From assembly GCA_017465225.1 (NCBI GenBank), contig JAFTWQ010000003.1, positions 3,104-67,103 on the forward strand: DNA of 64,000 bases. The letters are read 5' to 3'. Shown here piece after piece: positions 19,491-29,421 of this stretch. This DNA comes from Bacteroidales bacterium. GTDB taxonomy: Bacteria > Bacteroidota > Bacteroidia > Bacteroidales > UBA932. The notes under the pieces are model-generated. The model made no database searches, had not been told where the DNA came from, and saw only the letters and a program-made list of their open reading frames with translations. A program made the translations under genes and the position numbers. How positions within the stretch are numbered: the stretch's first letter is position 1; each line of letters starts with the position of its first letter.

Positions 19491-20129
19491 ATGAAAATGT
19501 TCACATTCGGTTATAGCAGCAAGGTAAACGGCCCTTTGAGAGCCCTTATCGCCCTTGTGGTAGGTTTCATGATGGTCCTCCGACCTGAAAGCGCCCTTAC
19601 TACGGTTGTCAAGGTCATCGCCGCTTTCGTTCTGGCTTCAGGACTTGTTTCGCTCGTGGTGGGGCTCAAGGAGAAGAAGAACGGTTCCCTTCCGCTCATG
19701 TCATTCAATGCGGCGGTAGATATCATCATCGGTCTGGTCCTTTTCATGTTCCCTGGCTTTGTGTCCAGGTTCATCATCTATCTGATCGGATTCGTGCTCC
19801 TTGGCTTCGGTCTCGTGCAGATCTTCGCCCTTCTCAGCGCCAGACGTGCTGTGGGCATGGGCTTCGGTGCATTCATCCTTCCGATCATCGTGACATGCAT
19901 CGGCGGTTTCATCCTCTTCAACCCGTTCGCAGAGTCGGTGATGGTGATGATCGCAGGTGCTGCCATGATCGTTTACGGAGCTTCGGAGCTTCTTTCGTCA
20001 TGGAAGATGAAGAAGGCCATCGATGAGTATGAGATCCACCAGGCTCCGGCGCAGGAACAGCCTGCAGAGCAGGAGAATCCGCTCGAGAATGTGAAGGACG
20101 TCGAGTACGAAAAGGTTGATGAGCAGTAG
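19491..20129 (+). CDS. HdeD/DUF308 family membrane protein
   Basis: Six hydrophobic segments in three similar pairs; acidic C-terminal tail. Confidence 0.8.
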   Translation: MKMFTFGYSSKVNGPLRALIALVVGFMMVLRPESALTTVVKVIAAFVLASGLVSLVVGLKEKKNGSLPLMSFNAAVDIIIGLVLFMFPGFVSRFIIYLIGFVLLGFGLVQIFALLSARRAVGMGFGAFILPIIVTCIGGFILFNPFAESVMVMIAGAAMIVYGASELLSSWKMKKAIDEYEIHQAPAQEQPAEQENPLENVKDVEYEKVDEQ

Positions 20130-20132
20130 GAT

Positions 20133-22181
20133 ATGATACCTCAGGAGACGGTAAACAGGATTCTCGATTCGGCCCAGATCGTGGATGTGATAGGGGACTT
20201 CGTGACTTTGAAGAAACGAGGTGCCAATCATATCGCGTGCTGTCCGTTCCATAACGAGAAGACCCCGTCGTTTTCCGTTTCCGCATCAAAGGGCATATAC
20301 AAGTGCTTCGGCTGCGGCAAGTCTGGTACAGCTGTAGGATTTGTCATGGAACATGAGAACATGTCCTATACCGAAGCTCTGAAGTATCTTGCGAAGAAAT
20401 ATCATATCGAGGTCGTCGAGAAGGAGGAAAGTGCGGAGGAGATAGCCCAGAGGCAGAGGCATGAAAGCCTCATGCTGGTTTCGGAATATGCCGGGAAATT
20501 CTTCCAGGACAGCCTTCAGACTGATGAAGGCAGGAACATAGCCCTCCAGTATTTCAGAAGCCGTGGCCTAGAGGATGAGACCATACGTAAATACGGGCTC
20601 GGATGGGCGCCGCTCAGCCGCAGGGCTTTGTCGGAATCGGCGCGTGCAGCAGGCTACAAGGAGGAATTCCTGATCGAGACAGGCCTCAGCATCAAATACG
20701 ATGACGGAAGACTGGTGGACCGTTTCTACGACCGTGTAATCTTCCCGATCCATTCGGTGAGCGGCCGTGTGATCGCCTTCGGAGGCCGTACGCTGAAGAC
20801 CGACAAGAGCGTAGCGAAATATGTGAATTCGCCCGAGACGGAGATATATGTCAAGAGCAGGTCCCTGTACGGAATCTATTTCGCGAAGAATGAGATTTCA
20901 AGGCAGGACAGATGTATCCTTGTCGAGGGATATCTTGATGTGCTTTCGATGCATCAGCTCGGAATCACCAATGTGGTGGCTTCCAGCGGTACGTCGCTCA
21001 CTGTCGAGCAGATCCGTCTGATCAGGAAGTTCACAAACAATATCACGATCATCTATGACGGCGACGGAGCCGGTATAAAAGCGGCCCTCAGGGGCATAGG
21101 ACTGGTGCTCAAGGAGGGCATGAACGTCAAAGTCGTGCTTCTTCCAGACGGCCAGGACCCGGACGATTTCGCAAAAAGACATACATTGGAGGAGGTCCGT
21201 GACCATATCGCGCAGAATGAGCAGGACTTCATCAATTTCAAGACAGACCTGCTTCTGGACGAGGCCGGAAACGATCCTATCCAGAGGGCGAAGCTCATAA
21301 ATGACATCGCCGATACGATAGCTCTGATACCGGATGCTGTAGTCAGGGCAGTGTATGTGCGCAGCAGCGCCGCCAAGTTCGAGATCGAGGAAAGGATTCT
21401 TGCCGACAGGGTGAGCAAGACCAGGACCGAGATCCTGATGGCGGACGAGAAGCAGAAGGAGCGCGAAAGACAGCGTGCTGCCGGGAGTTACCGTCAGAGC
21501 AGTCCGCAGGACGGATCTGATGTGCCGCCTCCTATGCCGGATGATTATTATCCGGAAGAATATGGAGAGCCGGTACCTGACGCACCGCCTGTAGTGCAGC
21601 CCTTGCAGCATGAAGGTCCGATAGTCATAAATGAGCCGTATCTGGCTCCATGCGAGAAGGAACTGCTCGGGTTCATATTGGAGGAAGGCTGCTCTGAACT
21701 GCAGTTCGACGTGGATTCGAAATATTATGTAGAGGGGGAGCAGGTGAATGTGGCGGAGTTCATTGACGGAACCCTCGCCGATGATGATGCGGATTTTGTA
21801 AACCAGTCATACAGAAAGGTTTATGACGAGTATTTCCGGATGTATGACGAAGGCCTGACCCAGCAGCAGATGCAGACGAGGCTTTTGAACAGCATGGATC
21901 CGGAGATTGCGGCTGTTGCCAAGGAACTTCTTATAGAGAAGTATCAGATCACCGTTAAGAATTACGAGCAGTCGTTGACTGCGGTATCTACAAGGCTGGT
22001 CCAGTTCATACCGAAGACCTTGCTTGCATATCACTGCAAGAAGGTGGAGATGATCCTTAAGGACCTTACCGCCAGGCTGGCGGCGGAGCAGGATCCGGAC
22101 CGTCAGGTGGAGATCCTGGCGCAGATCAGCGATTACAACCGCGCCCGTACAAGATTGAACAATGAATTAGGAAGAGTATAA
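20133..22181 (+). CDS. dnaG: DNA primase
   Basis: CPFHNEKTPSF zinc finger, FGGR, KYVNSPET, VEGYLDV, YDGDGAG. Confidence 0.98.
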   Translation: MIPQETVNRILDSAQIVDVIGDFVTLKKRGANHIACCPFHNEKTPSFSVSASKGIYKCFGCGKSGTAVGFVMEHENMSYTEALKYLAKKYHIEVVEKEESAEEIAQRQRHESLMLVSEYAGKFFQDSLQTDEGRNIALQYFRSRGLEDETIRKYGLGWAPLSRRALSESARAAGYKEEFLIETGLSIKYDDGRLVDRFYDRVIFPIHSVSGRVIAFGGRTLKTDKSVAKYVNSPETEIYVKSRSLYGIYFAKNEISRQDRCILVEGYLDVLSMHQLGITNVVASSGTSLTVEQIRLIRKFTNNITIIYDGDGAGIKAALRGIGLVLKEGMNVKVVLLPDGQDPDDFAKRHTLEEVRDHIAQNEQDFINFKTDLLLDEAGNDPIQRAKLINDIADTIALIPDAVVRAVYVRSSAAKFEIEERILADRVSKTRTEILMADEKQKERERQRAAGSYRQSSPQDGSDVPPPMPDDYYPEEYGEPVPDAPPVVQPLQHEGPIVINEPYLAPCEKELLGFILEEGCSELQFDVDSKYYVEGEQVNVAEFIDGTLADDDADFVNQSYRKVYDEYFRMYDEGLTQQQMQTRLLNSMDPEIAAVAKELLIEKYQITVKNYEQSLTAVSTRLVQFIPKTLLAYHCKKVEMILKDLTARLAAEQDPDRQVEILAQISDYNRARTRLNNELGRV

Positions 22182-22193
22182 ATTTAACGACAT

Positions 22194-24416
22194 ATGGAAA
22201 AGAAATTCAACAGAACGCTTGTGACCTGTGCGTTGCCATACGCAAACGGTCCTGTCCACATCGGCCATCTTGCCGGTGTATATGTGCCTGCAGACATCTA
22301 TGTGAGGTACCTCAGAATGAAGGGTGAGGATGTGCTTTATGTCTGCGGTTCTGATGAGCACGGTGTGCCTATCACCATCAAGGCCCAGAAGGAGGGATGC
22401 ACTCCGCAGGATATCGTCGACAGGTATCACAAGATCATAAAGGATTCATTCGCAGGTCTGGGAATCAACTTCGACATATATTCGAGAACGTCGTCAAAGA
22501 CCCATCATAAGAATGCGGCTGATTTCTTCAGGAAGCTCTATGATGAGGGCAAGTTCATCGAGAAGGTGAGCGAGCAGTATTATGATGAGGAGTCGAAGAC
22601 CTTCCTTGCAGACCGCTACATTACTGGTACATGCCCACGCTGCGGCGCAGAGGGTGCATATGGTGACCAGTGCGAAAAGTGTGGCGCTACCCTCAGCCCG
22701 GATGAACTGATCAACCCTAAGTCGGCTCTCAGTGGCGGCGAGCTCGTGAAGAAGGAGACAAAGCATTGGTATCTGCCTCTGGATCAGTATGAAAAGTGGC
22801 TTTCAGAGTGGATCCTCGACGGACATAAGGAGTGGAGAAGCAATGTATACGGACAGTGCAAGAGCTGGATTGACGGCGGTCTTCAGCCGCGTGCCGTAAG
22901 CCGTGACCTCAACTGGGGCGTTCCTGTGCCTGTTGAAGGCTCGGAGGGCAAGGTGCTCTATGTATGGTTCGATGCTCCTATCGGCTACATCTCGAATACA
23001 CAGGAGCTTCTTCCGCAGTCATGGGAGACATGGTGGAAGGGCGAGGATACCAAGCTCGTTCATTTCATCGGAAAGGACAATATCGTGTTCCACTGCATCG
23101 TCTTCCCTTCAATGCTGAAGGCTGACGGAAGCTATATCCTTCCGGACAATGTTCCTGCAAACGAATTCCTCAATCTTGAGGGTGACAAGATCTCGACTTC
23201 ACGCGGATGGGCTGTATGGCTCCATGAGTATCTCGAGCAGTTCCCGGGACAGGAGGATGTGCTTCGTTATGTGCTTACAGCGAATGCTCCTGAAACAAAG
23301 GACAACGACTTCTCATGGAAGGACTTCCAGGCACGCAACAACAGCGAGCTTGTGGCTATCCTCGGCAACTTCGTGAACCGCGCAGTGGTTCTTACCCATA
23401 AGTATTTTGACGGCAAGGTACCTGCAGACCTCAAGCCGGAGCCAGTAGATGCAGAGACTCTCGCGCAGATCCAGCCTCTCAAGGCGGAGATGGAGCGTTA
23501 TCTCGACGGCTACAAGTTCCGTGAGGCACTCAAGGAGGCTATGAACATCGCACGTCTCGGTAACAAGTACCTTACTGATACAGAGCCATGGAAGGTGGCG
23601 AAGACCGATATGGACAGGACTGCATCTATCCTGAATGTGTCTCTCCAGATCTGTGCATCGCTTGCGATCGCATTCGAGCCGTTCCTTCCGTTCTCTTCAG
23701 AGAAGCTCCGTGGTATCCTGAATGTAGGCGTTGCTGCCGGATTCGACCATCGTGCTGGCGAGGAACCTCTCTGTCATTCTGAACGAAGTGAAGAATCTCT
23801 CTACGAGAACCGTTTCACTCCAGGCGAAGGCTCTGCCCTCCATACATCTTCGGCTACTGCCGGCACTCCTGTCGTAGCTGCTCTTGAGGATGGCATCGTG
23901 CTTTCATGGAATGATCTCGGAAAGACTTCCATCCTTCCTGCAGGTCATCAGCTCAACCCTGCGACCCTTCTTTTCGCGAAGATCGAGGATGAGGTTGTCG
24001 ATGGTCAGATCGCGCGTCTTGAGACTATCCGTGCCGAGCGTGAGGCTGCTGCAAAGGCTGCCGAGGCTGCAGTCGTGACTCCGCAGAAGGAAGAGTGCAC
24101 ATTCGATGATTTCCAGAAGATGGACATCAGGACAGCGACAGTGCTCGAGGCGGAGCGTGTTCCGAAGACTGACAAGCTCCTGAAGCTTACCATCGATACA
24201 GGTATCGACAAGAGAGTGATCGTTTCGGGTATCGCCGAGCAGTATTCTCCGGAGGAGATGGTCGGCAAGCAGATCTGCATCCTCGCCAACCTTGCACCGC
24301 GCAAGATTCGTGGCATCGAGTCGAAGGGAATGATCCTCATGGCTCGTCAGAATGACGGCAAAATGCGTTTCGTTACGCCTGCGGAGACTCTTTGCAACGG
24401 TGCTGAAATAGGATAG
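22194..24416 (+). CDS. metG: Methionine--tRNA ligase with C-terminal tRNA-binding domain and an internal insertion
   Basis: [40 protein letters not shown]. Confidence 0.98.
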   Translation: MEKKFNRTLVTCALPYANGPVHIGHLAGVYVPADIYVRYLRMKGEDVLYVCGSDEHGVPITIKAQKEGCTPQDIVDRYHKIIKDSFAGLGINFDIYSRTSSKTHHKNAADFFRKLYDEGKFIEKVSEQYYDEESKTFLADRYITGTCPRCGAEGAYGDQCEKCGATLSPDELINPKSALSGGELVKKETKHWYLPLDQYEKWLSEWILDGHKEWRSNVYGQCKSWIDGGLQPRAVSRDLNWGVPVPVEGSEGKVLYVWFDAPIGYISNTQELLPQSWETWWKGEDTKLVHFIGKDNIVFHCIVFPSMLKADGSYILPDNVPANEFLNLEGDKISTSRGWAVWLHEYLEQFPGQEDVLRYVLTANAPETKDNDFSWKDFQARNNSELVAILGNFVNRAVVLTHKYFDGKVPADLKPEPVDAETLAQIQPLKAEMERYLDGYKFREALKEAMNIARLGNKYLTDTEPWKVAKTDMDRTASILNVSLQICASLAIAFEPFLPFSSEKLRGILNVGVAAGFDHRAGEEPLCHSERSEESLYENRFTPGEGSALHTSSATAGTPVVAALEDGIVLSWNDLGKTSILPAGHQLNPATLLFAKIEDEVVDGQIARLETIRAEREAAAKAAEAAVVTPQKEECTFDDFQKMDIRTATVLEAERVPKTDKLLKLTIDTGIDKRVIVSGIAEQYSPEEMVGKQICILANLAPRKIRGIESKGMILMARQNDGKMRFVTPAETLCNGAEIG
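23772..23798 (+). repeat. REP-like palindrome translated in frame within metG (CHSERSEES)
   Basis: tgtcattctgaacgaagtgaagaatct, matching the intergenic copy at 1391 at 24 of 27 positions. Confidence 0.85.
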
Positions 24417-24524
24417 CATTAAATAATGCATTATTTGACTTTCAACGACCTATATTCTTTTGGATCAGTACATTGATAAGGAGAGAGTTCTCCTGCGGCT
24501 AGACTTTTAGCAGTGGATAATATT

Positions 24525-25796
24525 ATGATAAAGACCGAATACTATAAGGATCTGACGAAGATGAACACCTTCGGAATGAAGGTGAAGGCACGCTGTTTCA
24601 TAGAGTATGATTCGGTGGCTGATCTTGTGGACATCGAGTTCGAGGAGCTGGCGCGTCCGGTGCTTCACATCGGCGGCGGCAGCAATCTCCTCTTCACCGA
24701 TGATTTCAAGGGTACGGTCCTGCATTCGAAGATCGATTTCATAGAGATACTGGACGAGTGCCATCGTATTCCGGAGGCCCCCGCCTTCGCAAGCTCAGGC
24801 ACCCCCTACCCGGGGGTGGGAAAATGCCTCCTTCATACAAATGGCACATCGTCAGCAGATTTCAGCCAATCAAGCAAGGTCCTGGTGTCGGTCGGTGCGG
24901 GAGTCGTCTTCGACGATTTCTGTGCATGGGCGGCGAAGGAGGGCCTCTGGGGCGTGGAGAATCTGTCATATATTCCGGGTGAGGTCGGTGCGTCGGCGGT
25001 GCAGAATATAGGGGCGTATGGTGTTGAGGTCAAGGATGTTATCCATAAGGTTTATTGCTACGATACGCTTGAGGAGGAGTTTGTTAGTTTCTCTGTTGAG
25101 GAGTGCGGATATGGTTATCGTGATTCGTTCTTCAAGAGGCCGGAGATCAAGGGCAGGTATGTCGTGACTCATGTGGTGTTTGCGTTGAGTCGGGAGCCGA
25201 AGCCGGTGCTGGAGTATGGGCACTTGAAGGAAGCGGTTGCATCAGCATATGGCGAGTGCCAATGTGTTCCAGAGGCCCCCGCCTTCGCAAGCTCAGGCAC
25301 CCCCTACCCGGGGGTGGGAAAATGCCTCTTCCACACAAATGGCACATCGCCTGAAAGTGATGATAAACCGTCAAAGCAGCATCTGACACCAGCAATGATC
25401 AGGAAAGTGATCATCAGGAGCAGGAAGGAGAAGCTGCCGGAGCCGTCGGTGAAGGGCAGTGCGGGCAGTTTCTTCAAGAATCCGGTGATCCCGATGGAGC
25501 ATTATCTGCGCATTGAGGAGGCGGCGAAGGCCGAGTTCGGCCCTGACTATAAGGTTCCGCATTACGATCTTCCGGATGGAATGGTCAAGGTCCCGGCAGC
25601 ATGGATGATCGAGCAGTGCGGATGGAAGGGAAAACGCAGCGGCGGAGCGGCTGTATGGGACAAGCAGCCGCTGGTGATCGTGAACCATACCGGTGAAGCG
25701 TATCCGGAGGAGATCGTCGGACTGGAAAAGCGCATCATCGCATCGGTCAAGGCTAAATTCGGAGTCGAACTGCACCCTGAAGTGGAGCACATATAG
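24525..25796 (+). CDS. murB: UDP-N-acetylenolpyruvoylglucosamine reductase carrying two in-frame repeat insertions
   Basis: NTFG, GGGSNLLF, IPGEVGASAVQNIGAYG, YGYRDSFFK, SAGSFFKNP, LVIVN, FGVELHPEV. Confidence 0.95.
   Translation: MIKTEYYKDLTKMNTFGMKVKARCFIEYDSVADLVDIEFEELARPVLHIGGGSNLLFTDDFKGTVLHSKIDFIEILDECHRIPEAPAFASSGTPYPGVGKCLLHTNGTSSADFSQSSKVLVSVGAGVVFDDFCAWAAKEGLWGVENLSYIPGEVGASAVQNIGAYGVEVKDVIHKVYCYDTLEEEFVSFSVEECGYGYRDSFFKRPEIKGRYVVTHVVFALSREPKPVLEYGHLKEAVASAYGECQCVPEAPAFASSGTPYPGVGKCLFHTNGTSPESDDKPSKQHLTPAMIRKVIIRSRKEKLPEPSVKGSAGSFFKNPVIPMEHYLRIEEAAKAEFGPDYKVPHYDLPDGMVKVPAAWMIEQCGWKGKRSGGAAVWDKQPLVIVNHTGEAYPEEIVGLEKRIIASVKAKFGVELHPEVEHI
24753..24853 (+). mobile_element. 101-bp branched palindromic element, copy 1, in frame in murB
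   Basis: 92 of 101 positions identical to 25251-25351; long outer stem plus two inner hairpins. Confidence 0.85.
25251..25351 (+). mobile_element. 101-bp branched palindromic element, copy 2, in frame in murB
   Basis: Same frame as copy 1 (offset 498 nt); encodes ECQCVPEAPAFASSGTPYPGVGKCLFHTNGTS. Confidence 0.85.
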
Positions 25797-25812
25797 TCTC
25801 CTGACCCAGTCG

Positions 25813-25926
25813 AAAGCACAAAATCGGGTGATTTCATGCTTTTGAACGTGAAAAACAAAGTCGAAAGCACAAAAACGGGCAGTTTCGTGTTTTTGAACGG
25901 GAGAGCTAGGACCGGAACACGAAAGG
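25813..25926. repeat. 51-bp-period palindromic mini-array, locus 2 (2 units plus truncated third)
   Basis: Units at 25813 and 25864; remnant ggaacacgaaagg at about 25914. Confidence 0.8.
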
Positions 25927-25981
25927 AGAAGGACCGGAAACGGGAAAGTCGTGGACAGATAAGGAGGGATGTCGAGATTAC

Positions 25982-26087
25982 TGTCATGCTGAACAAAGTG
26001 AAGCATCTTTGGGGTAAAGATCCTTCGCTACGCTCAGGATGACAGGTAAAGCTGGATGACAGATGGAGCTGGATGACAGGTAAAGTA
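25982..26087. repeat. Inverted REP doublet followed by a 17-bp tandem repeat
   Basis: Copies at 25982-26008 (+) and 26018-26044 (-); ggatgacag-initiated 17-mers at 26037, 26054 and 26071. Confidence 0.85.
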
Positions 26088-26160
26088 CCAGACAGATAAT
26101 ATAGAAGTATATCATACTGAAATACTGAACAGTAGAAGTAACAACTAAAATCAAGGCGAT

Positions 26161-28467
26161 ATGAAGAAGAATTTGAAGGCATTTATGGCGGCAGCATTGG
26201 CGGCATTTCTGATGGCGGGGCTGATGGCCGGATGTTCGGGTGATGATCCTCAACCTGATGTGCCGGATTCGCCTCAGGAGAAGCCTGAGCCGGAAAAGCC
26301 TGGGGATAAGCCGGGGACAGAGAATCCGGTTCCGGGTGATGAGGTGATATCTGCCGGAGATGCTGGAGAGATGGAGTATGAGATAGGAAAGCCGGATGTT
26401 GTCGAGGGTGCAGGAGATCTTCAGATGAGCATCAGCCAGACCAGTTCATATACCGATCCGGACGGGACGGTCTTCACATGTGAGCCGGAGGCAAGGATAA
26501 ATGTAAGCGTTCGCCTTGATACTGTTTATGCAAAGGATTACAATGAACTGATAGAGCTGCTAGAATATGTCAAGCCTACCTGTTCGGAAAATGGTGAAGA
26601 TCCGGTGACCCATAGCATAGACCAGCAGTTCCGATTCGGAGATCAGACGATAGATCTGGATATGGACTATGAGGTCTATACCTACCGGAACTCCCTCGGT
26701 CAGAATATCGGGATGCCGTACATAGAGCTGCGAGAAGCTGATTTTGGAGAAGGTGGAGGAACGTCTGCCGGCGAGATCATCCGTCCGTCAGTGACGATAA
26801 GGAGGGTTGAACCGGCTACCAGGACCATAGAGGTGGAGGATACGGCTGCATATAATGTCTGCGTCCATTTCGGAGTGATGGCGGCTCCGCAGAATTTCGC
26901 CGGAGCGGAAAACAAGTTTGAGAGAGTGGAGTTCGAGGTGCAGTATATCGGTATGGTTCCGCATACTGACACCTATCCAGGTGCGGAGCTGTCGTACAGG
27001 GTTGAGGATGGCGAGGGAAATGCTCTGGAGGGCAGTGAGTTCGCAGTGGCGCCGGGGAGCAGCTTTACGCTGAATATGGTCCAGAACAGTTCCTATACCG
27101 ATCAGGATGGGGCTGTGTCTGCAAATCCGGTTGCCTGGACCAGGATTGCAACACCAGACACCTTGAGCATTGATTGTCCAGATGATCTGGCAGGAATGCT
27201 TGATAAGGTTGTGATTGAAACAAGTTCTGACGAGCTTGAAGGAAATCTCCCATATTATAAGCTTGAGGGTGTTGTGCTTGATGGTGAGGTAAGTGTTGCT
27301 GAGGTATCTAGGTCTGAAGATGGCAAGACACAAGTTTACAAAGCGACGGCAACGTATAAGCAGAAGGCTGTTCCTGTTAATATCGAAGGTGGAAAAGAGT
27401 TGGAGTTTACATACGTTGTAGAGTACTTGGGTAAGGTGTCTATTAGGCTTGTTGATGTTAAGTATGAGCAGGAAGTGATTTGGGAAGATGCTCACGATAA
27501 CATCTATACCAACTCGCAGGTTGTTGTGACCAGAAAGGCGACATATTCTGATGGCACGGTCGATGAAACTAAGTTCTACAGCACAAAGAACTTTGTGCAG
27601 GCTGCTATAGGTCGAGACCCGAAAGATTCTTCTGGTGAAATAGAATACGTTGATTATTCAAGAAATGAAACAATTAACACTTTCATTACAACTTGTGCAA
27701 CAGGTGTTCCAGACTTAGAACATTTGAGCTATGATATCTGCATTGGCGATAACGAGTTTGTCAATTTGAATGATTATCAAGCAGATAGCCTTTATATCGA
27801 GTTGTTTGACTACGAAGGTCCTGTTGGTGTTTGGACAGAATACAAACATCAAGAAACAAAAGAACTCTACAGTGCAACTGAGCAGGTAGAAGGATGGTAT
27901 GGCAAGCAGTTTGGCTATTTGTCACGTATTACAGGTGAATATATTGGTGATAGTTATCATCCTCTCCGTCAATACAATCTTTCCCTCATCTACAAAGACC
28001 GTTTCTTCTGTATAGATGGACAGCTCTTTACTTGTGACCCGCTTGAGCATACTCATAAATGGAGTGTAGAGACCATAGAAACACCGAATCGTGGCACTTG
28101 CTCTCTGCATAAGCTTGAAGCTGATGTTACTTGGTTTGGTAGAAAGTTCTACTATGCTGTTGTAGACACTGTTTATGTGAAGCAGCCGTCTGCCGCTTCC
28201 GGCCAGTCCGCTTCCACAGCATCCCGTACAGCCTCCGCTACCCGTCATTCCCGACTTGATCGGGAATCCCGTTCCGGCAGCCCGTACGTGACCGCTCCGG
28301 AGTACCAGCAGGATGACCGGTCCGGTATGTCCCTTTCGGTGGAAACCGTTCCCGGCAGCGTACCATACACGGAGCACACCCGCATCCGTCCGGACGGCAC
28401 CCGCACCACAATCCGCCGCGAAGGCATCGTACCCGACATCTCCTTAGATGTCCCCGACAAGAAATAA
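26161..28467 (+). CDS. Uncharacterised mosaic surface lipoprotein with internal domain duplication
   Basis: LMAGC lipobox, P/E/K linker, two related domains (QTSSYTDPDG vs QNSSYTDQDG). Confidence 0.8.
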   Translation: MKKNLKAFMAAALAAFLMAGLMAGCSGDDPQPDVPDSPQEKPEPEKPGDKPGTENPVPGDEVISAGDAGEMEYEIGKPDVVEGAGDLQMSISQTSSYTDPDGTVFTCEPEARINVSVRLDTVYAKDYNELIELLEYVKPTCSENGEDPVTHSIDQQFRFGDQTIDLDMDYEVYTYRNSLGQNIGMPYIELREADFGEGGGTSAGEIIRPSVTIRRVEPATRTIEVEDTAAYNVCVHFGVMAAPQNFAGAENKFERVEFEVQYIGMVPHTDTYPGAELSYRVEDGEGNALEGSEFAVAPGSSFTLNMVQNSSYTDQDGAVSANPVAWTRIATPDTLSIDCPDDLAGMLDKVVIETSSDELEGNLPYYKLEGVVLDGEVSVAEVSRSEDGKTQVYKATATYKQKAVPVNIEGGKELEFTYVVEYLGKVSIRLVDVKYEQEVIWEDAHDNIYTNSQVVVTRKATYSDGTVDETKFYSTKNFVQAAIGRDPKDSSGEIEYVDYSRNETINTFITTCATGVPDLEHLSYDICIGDNEFVNLNDYQADSLYIELFDYEGPVGVWTEYKHQETKELYSATEQVEGWYGKQFGYLSRITGEYIGDSYHPLRQYNLSLIYKDRFFCIDGQLFTCDPLEHTHKWSVETIETPNRGTCSLHKLEADVTWFGRKFYYAVVDTVYVKQPSAASGQSASTASRTASATRHSRLDRESRSGSPYVTAPEYQQDDRSGMSLSVETVPGSVPYTEHTRIRPDGTRTTIRREGIVPDISLDVPDKK
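28243..28269 (+). repeat. REP-like palindrome translated in frame (RHSRLDRES)
   Basis: cgtcattcccgacttgatcgggaatcc. Confidence 0.8.
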
Positions 28468-28531
28468 AACCTGCAACTAAAAACTTTATTACTTTTTGCT
28501 GACAAGATAATAAACTATTAAACTGAATATT

Positions 28532-29407
28532 ATGAAAACTGTGTATGATATGAAGCGTGTCTGGACGTTTGTTGCTGTTTTAGCAGCTGTTGCAGCCATG
28601 ATCGGTGGCCTTACAGGATGTTCGCTTTGCGGCGTTGATGGTGATGAGGAAGGCGTGTTCATCAAGAAGCCGTATATCTTCGGTAAGGGAGGAGTCGATC
28701 CGCAGGCTCTGACCGAGGGCTCGGAGTGGAAGGTTTTCTCGACGGATTTCGTGACATATAAGAATGTGCCTGTGAAGTATACGGAGACATTCGATGATGT
28801 GTTCTGCGATGACAATACTCCGCTGGACCTCAGCGCGCATCTTACCCTGAGGATCAAGAGGGGAAAGTCTCCGATTCTTCACATGAATTACGGTCCGGAC
28901 TGGTACAGCAACAACATCAAGGAGAATTTCCGTGAGATCGTGCGTAACTTCATCAGTACATATGACATGTATACTCTGGTGAGTAACCGCGAGGTGTATG
29001 ATTCTGTAAAGGTGGATATCACTGAGAAGCTCCAGCAGTATATCGTGAGACTTGATGCGGACAAGGAGTTTCCGGTTGATATCGTGAATGTCGTTGTGGA
29101 CAAGGCTAAGCCGAACAGCGAGGTCATGGCCGAACTGAACAAGACCGCGACGATGGCGCAGCAGAAGCAGACCCAGCTCAAGCAGCAGGAGATGGAGGAA
29201 CAGAGGCGCATCACCGAGAACAAGCGTGCGCTTGCCGACAAGGAATATCAGCGTCAGATGGGGCTTTCTCCGGAGCAGTTCATCGCTCTGCGCGCCCTCG
29301 AGCTTGAGAATCTCAAGGTCGAGATGGTCCGCGACAAGCCGAATGTGAATGTGGATGTCCTCCTGGGCAACCATTCAAATTCATTCTGGGATATAAAGCA
29401 GAAATAA
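28532..29407 (+). CDS. SPFH/band-7 domain lipoprotein
   Basis: LTGC lipobox, DEEGVFIKKP, SPFH-like core and a Q/E-rich coiled coil. Confidence 0.8.
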   Translation: MKTVYDMKRVWTFVAVLAAVAAMIGGLTGCSLCGVDGDEEGVFIKKPYIFGKGGVDPQALTEGSEWKVFSTDFVTYKNVPVKYTETFDDVFCDDNTPLDLSAHLTLRIKRGKSPILHMNYGPDWYSNNIKENFREIVRNFISTYDMYTLVSNREVYDSVKVDITEKLQQYIVRLDADKEFPVDIVNVVVDKAKPNSEVMAELNKTATMAQQKQTQLKQQEMEEQRRITENKRALADKEYQRQMGLSPEQFIALRALELENLKVEMVRDKPNVNVDVLLGNHSNSFWDIKQK

Positions 29408-29421
29408 GGAAATAGCAAGAT

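Noticed and set aside
25371-26253. ORFs across the murB downstream region, including a 17-aa repeat and CHPERSEGS
   Set aside because: They are translations of the palindromic repeats and of murB antisense, with no independent coding evidence.
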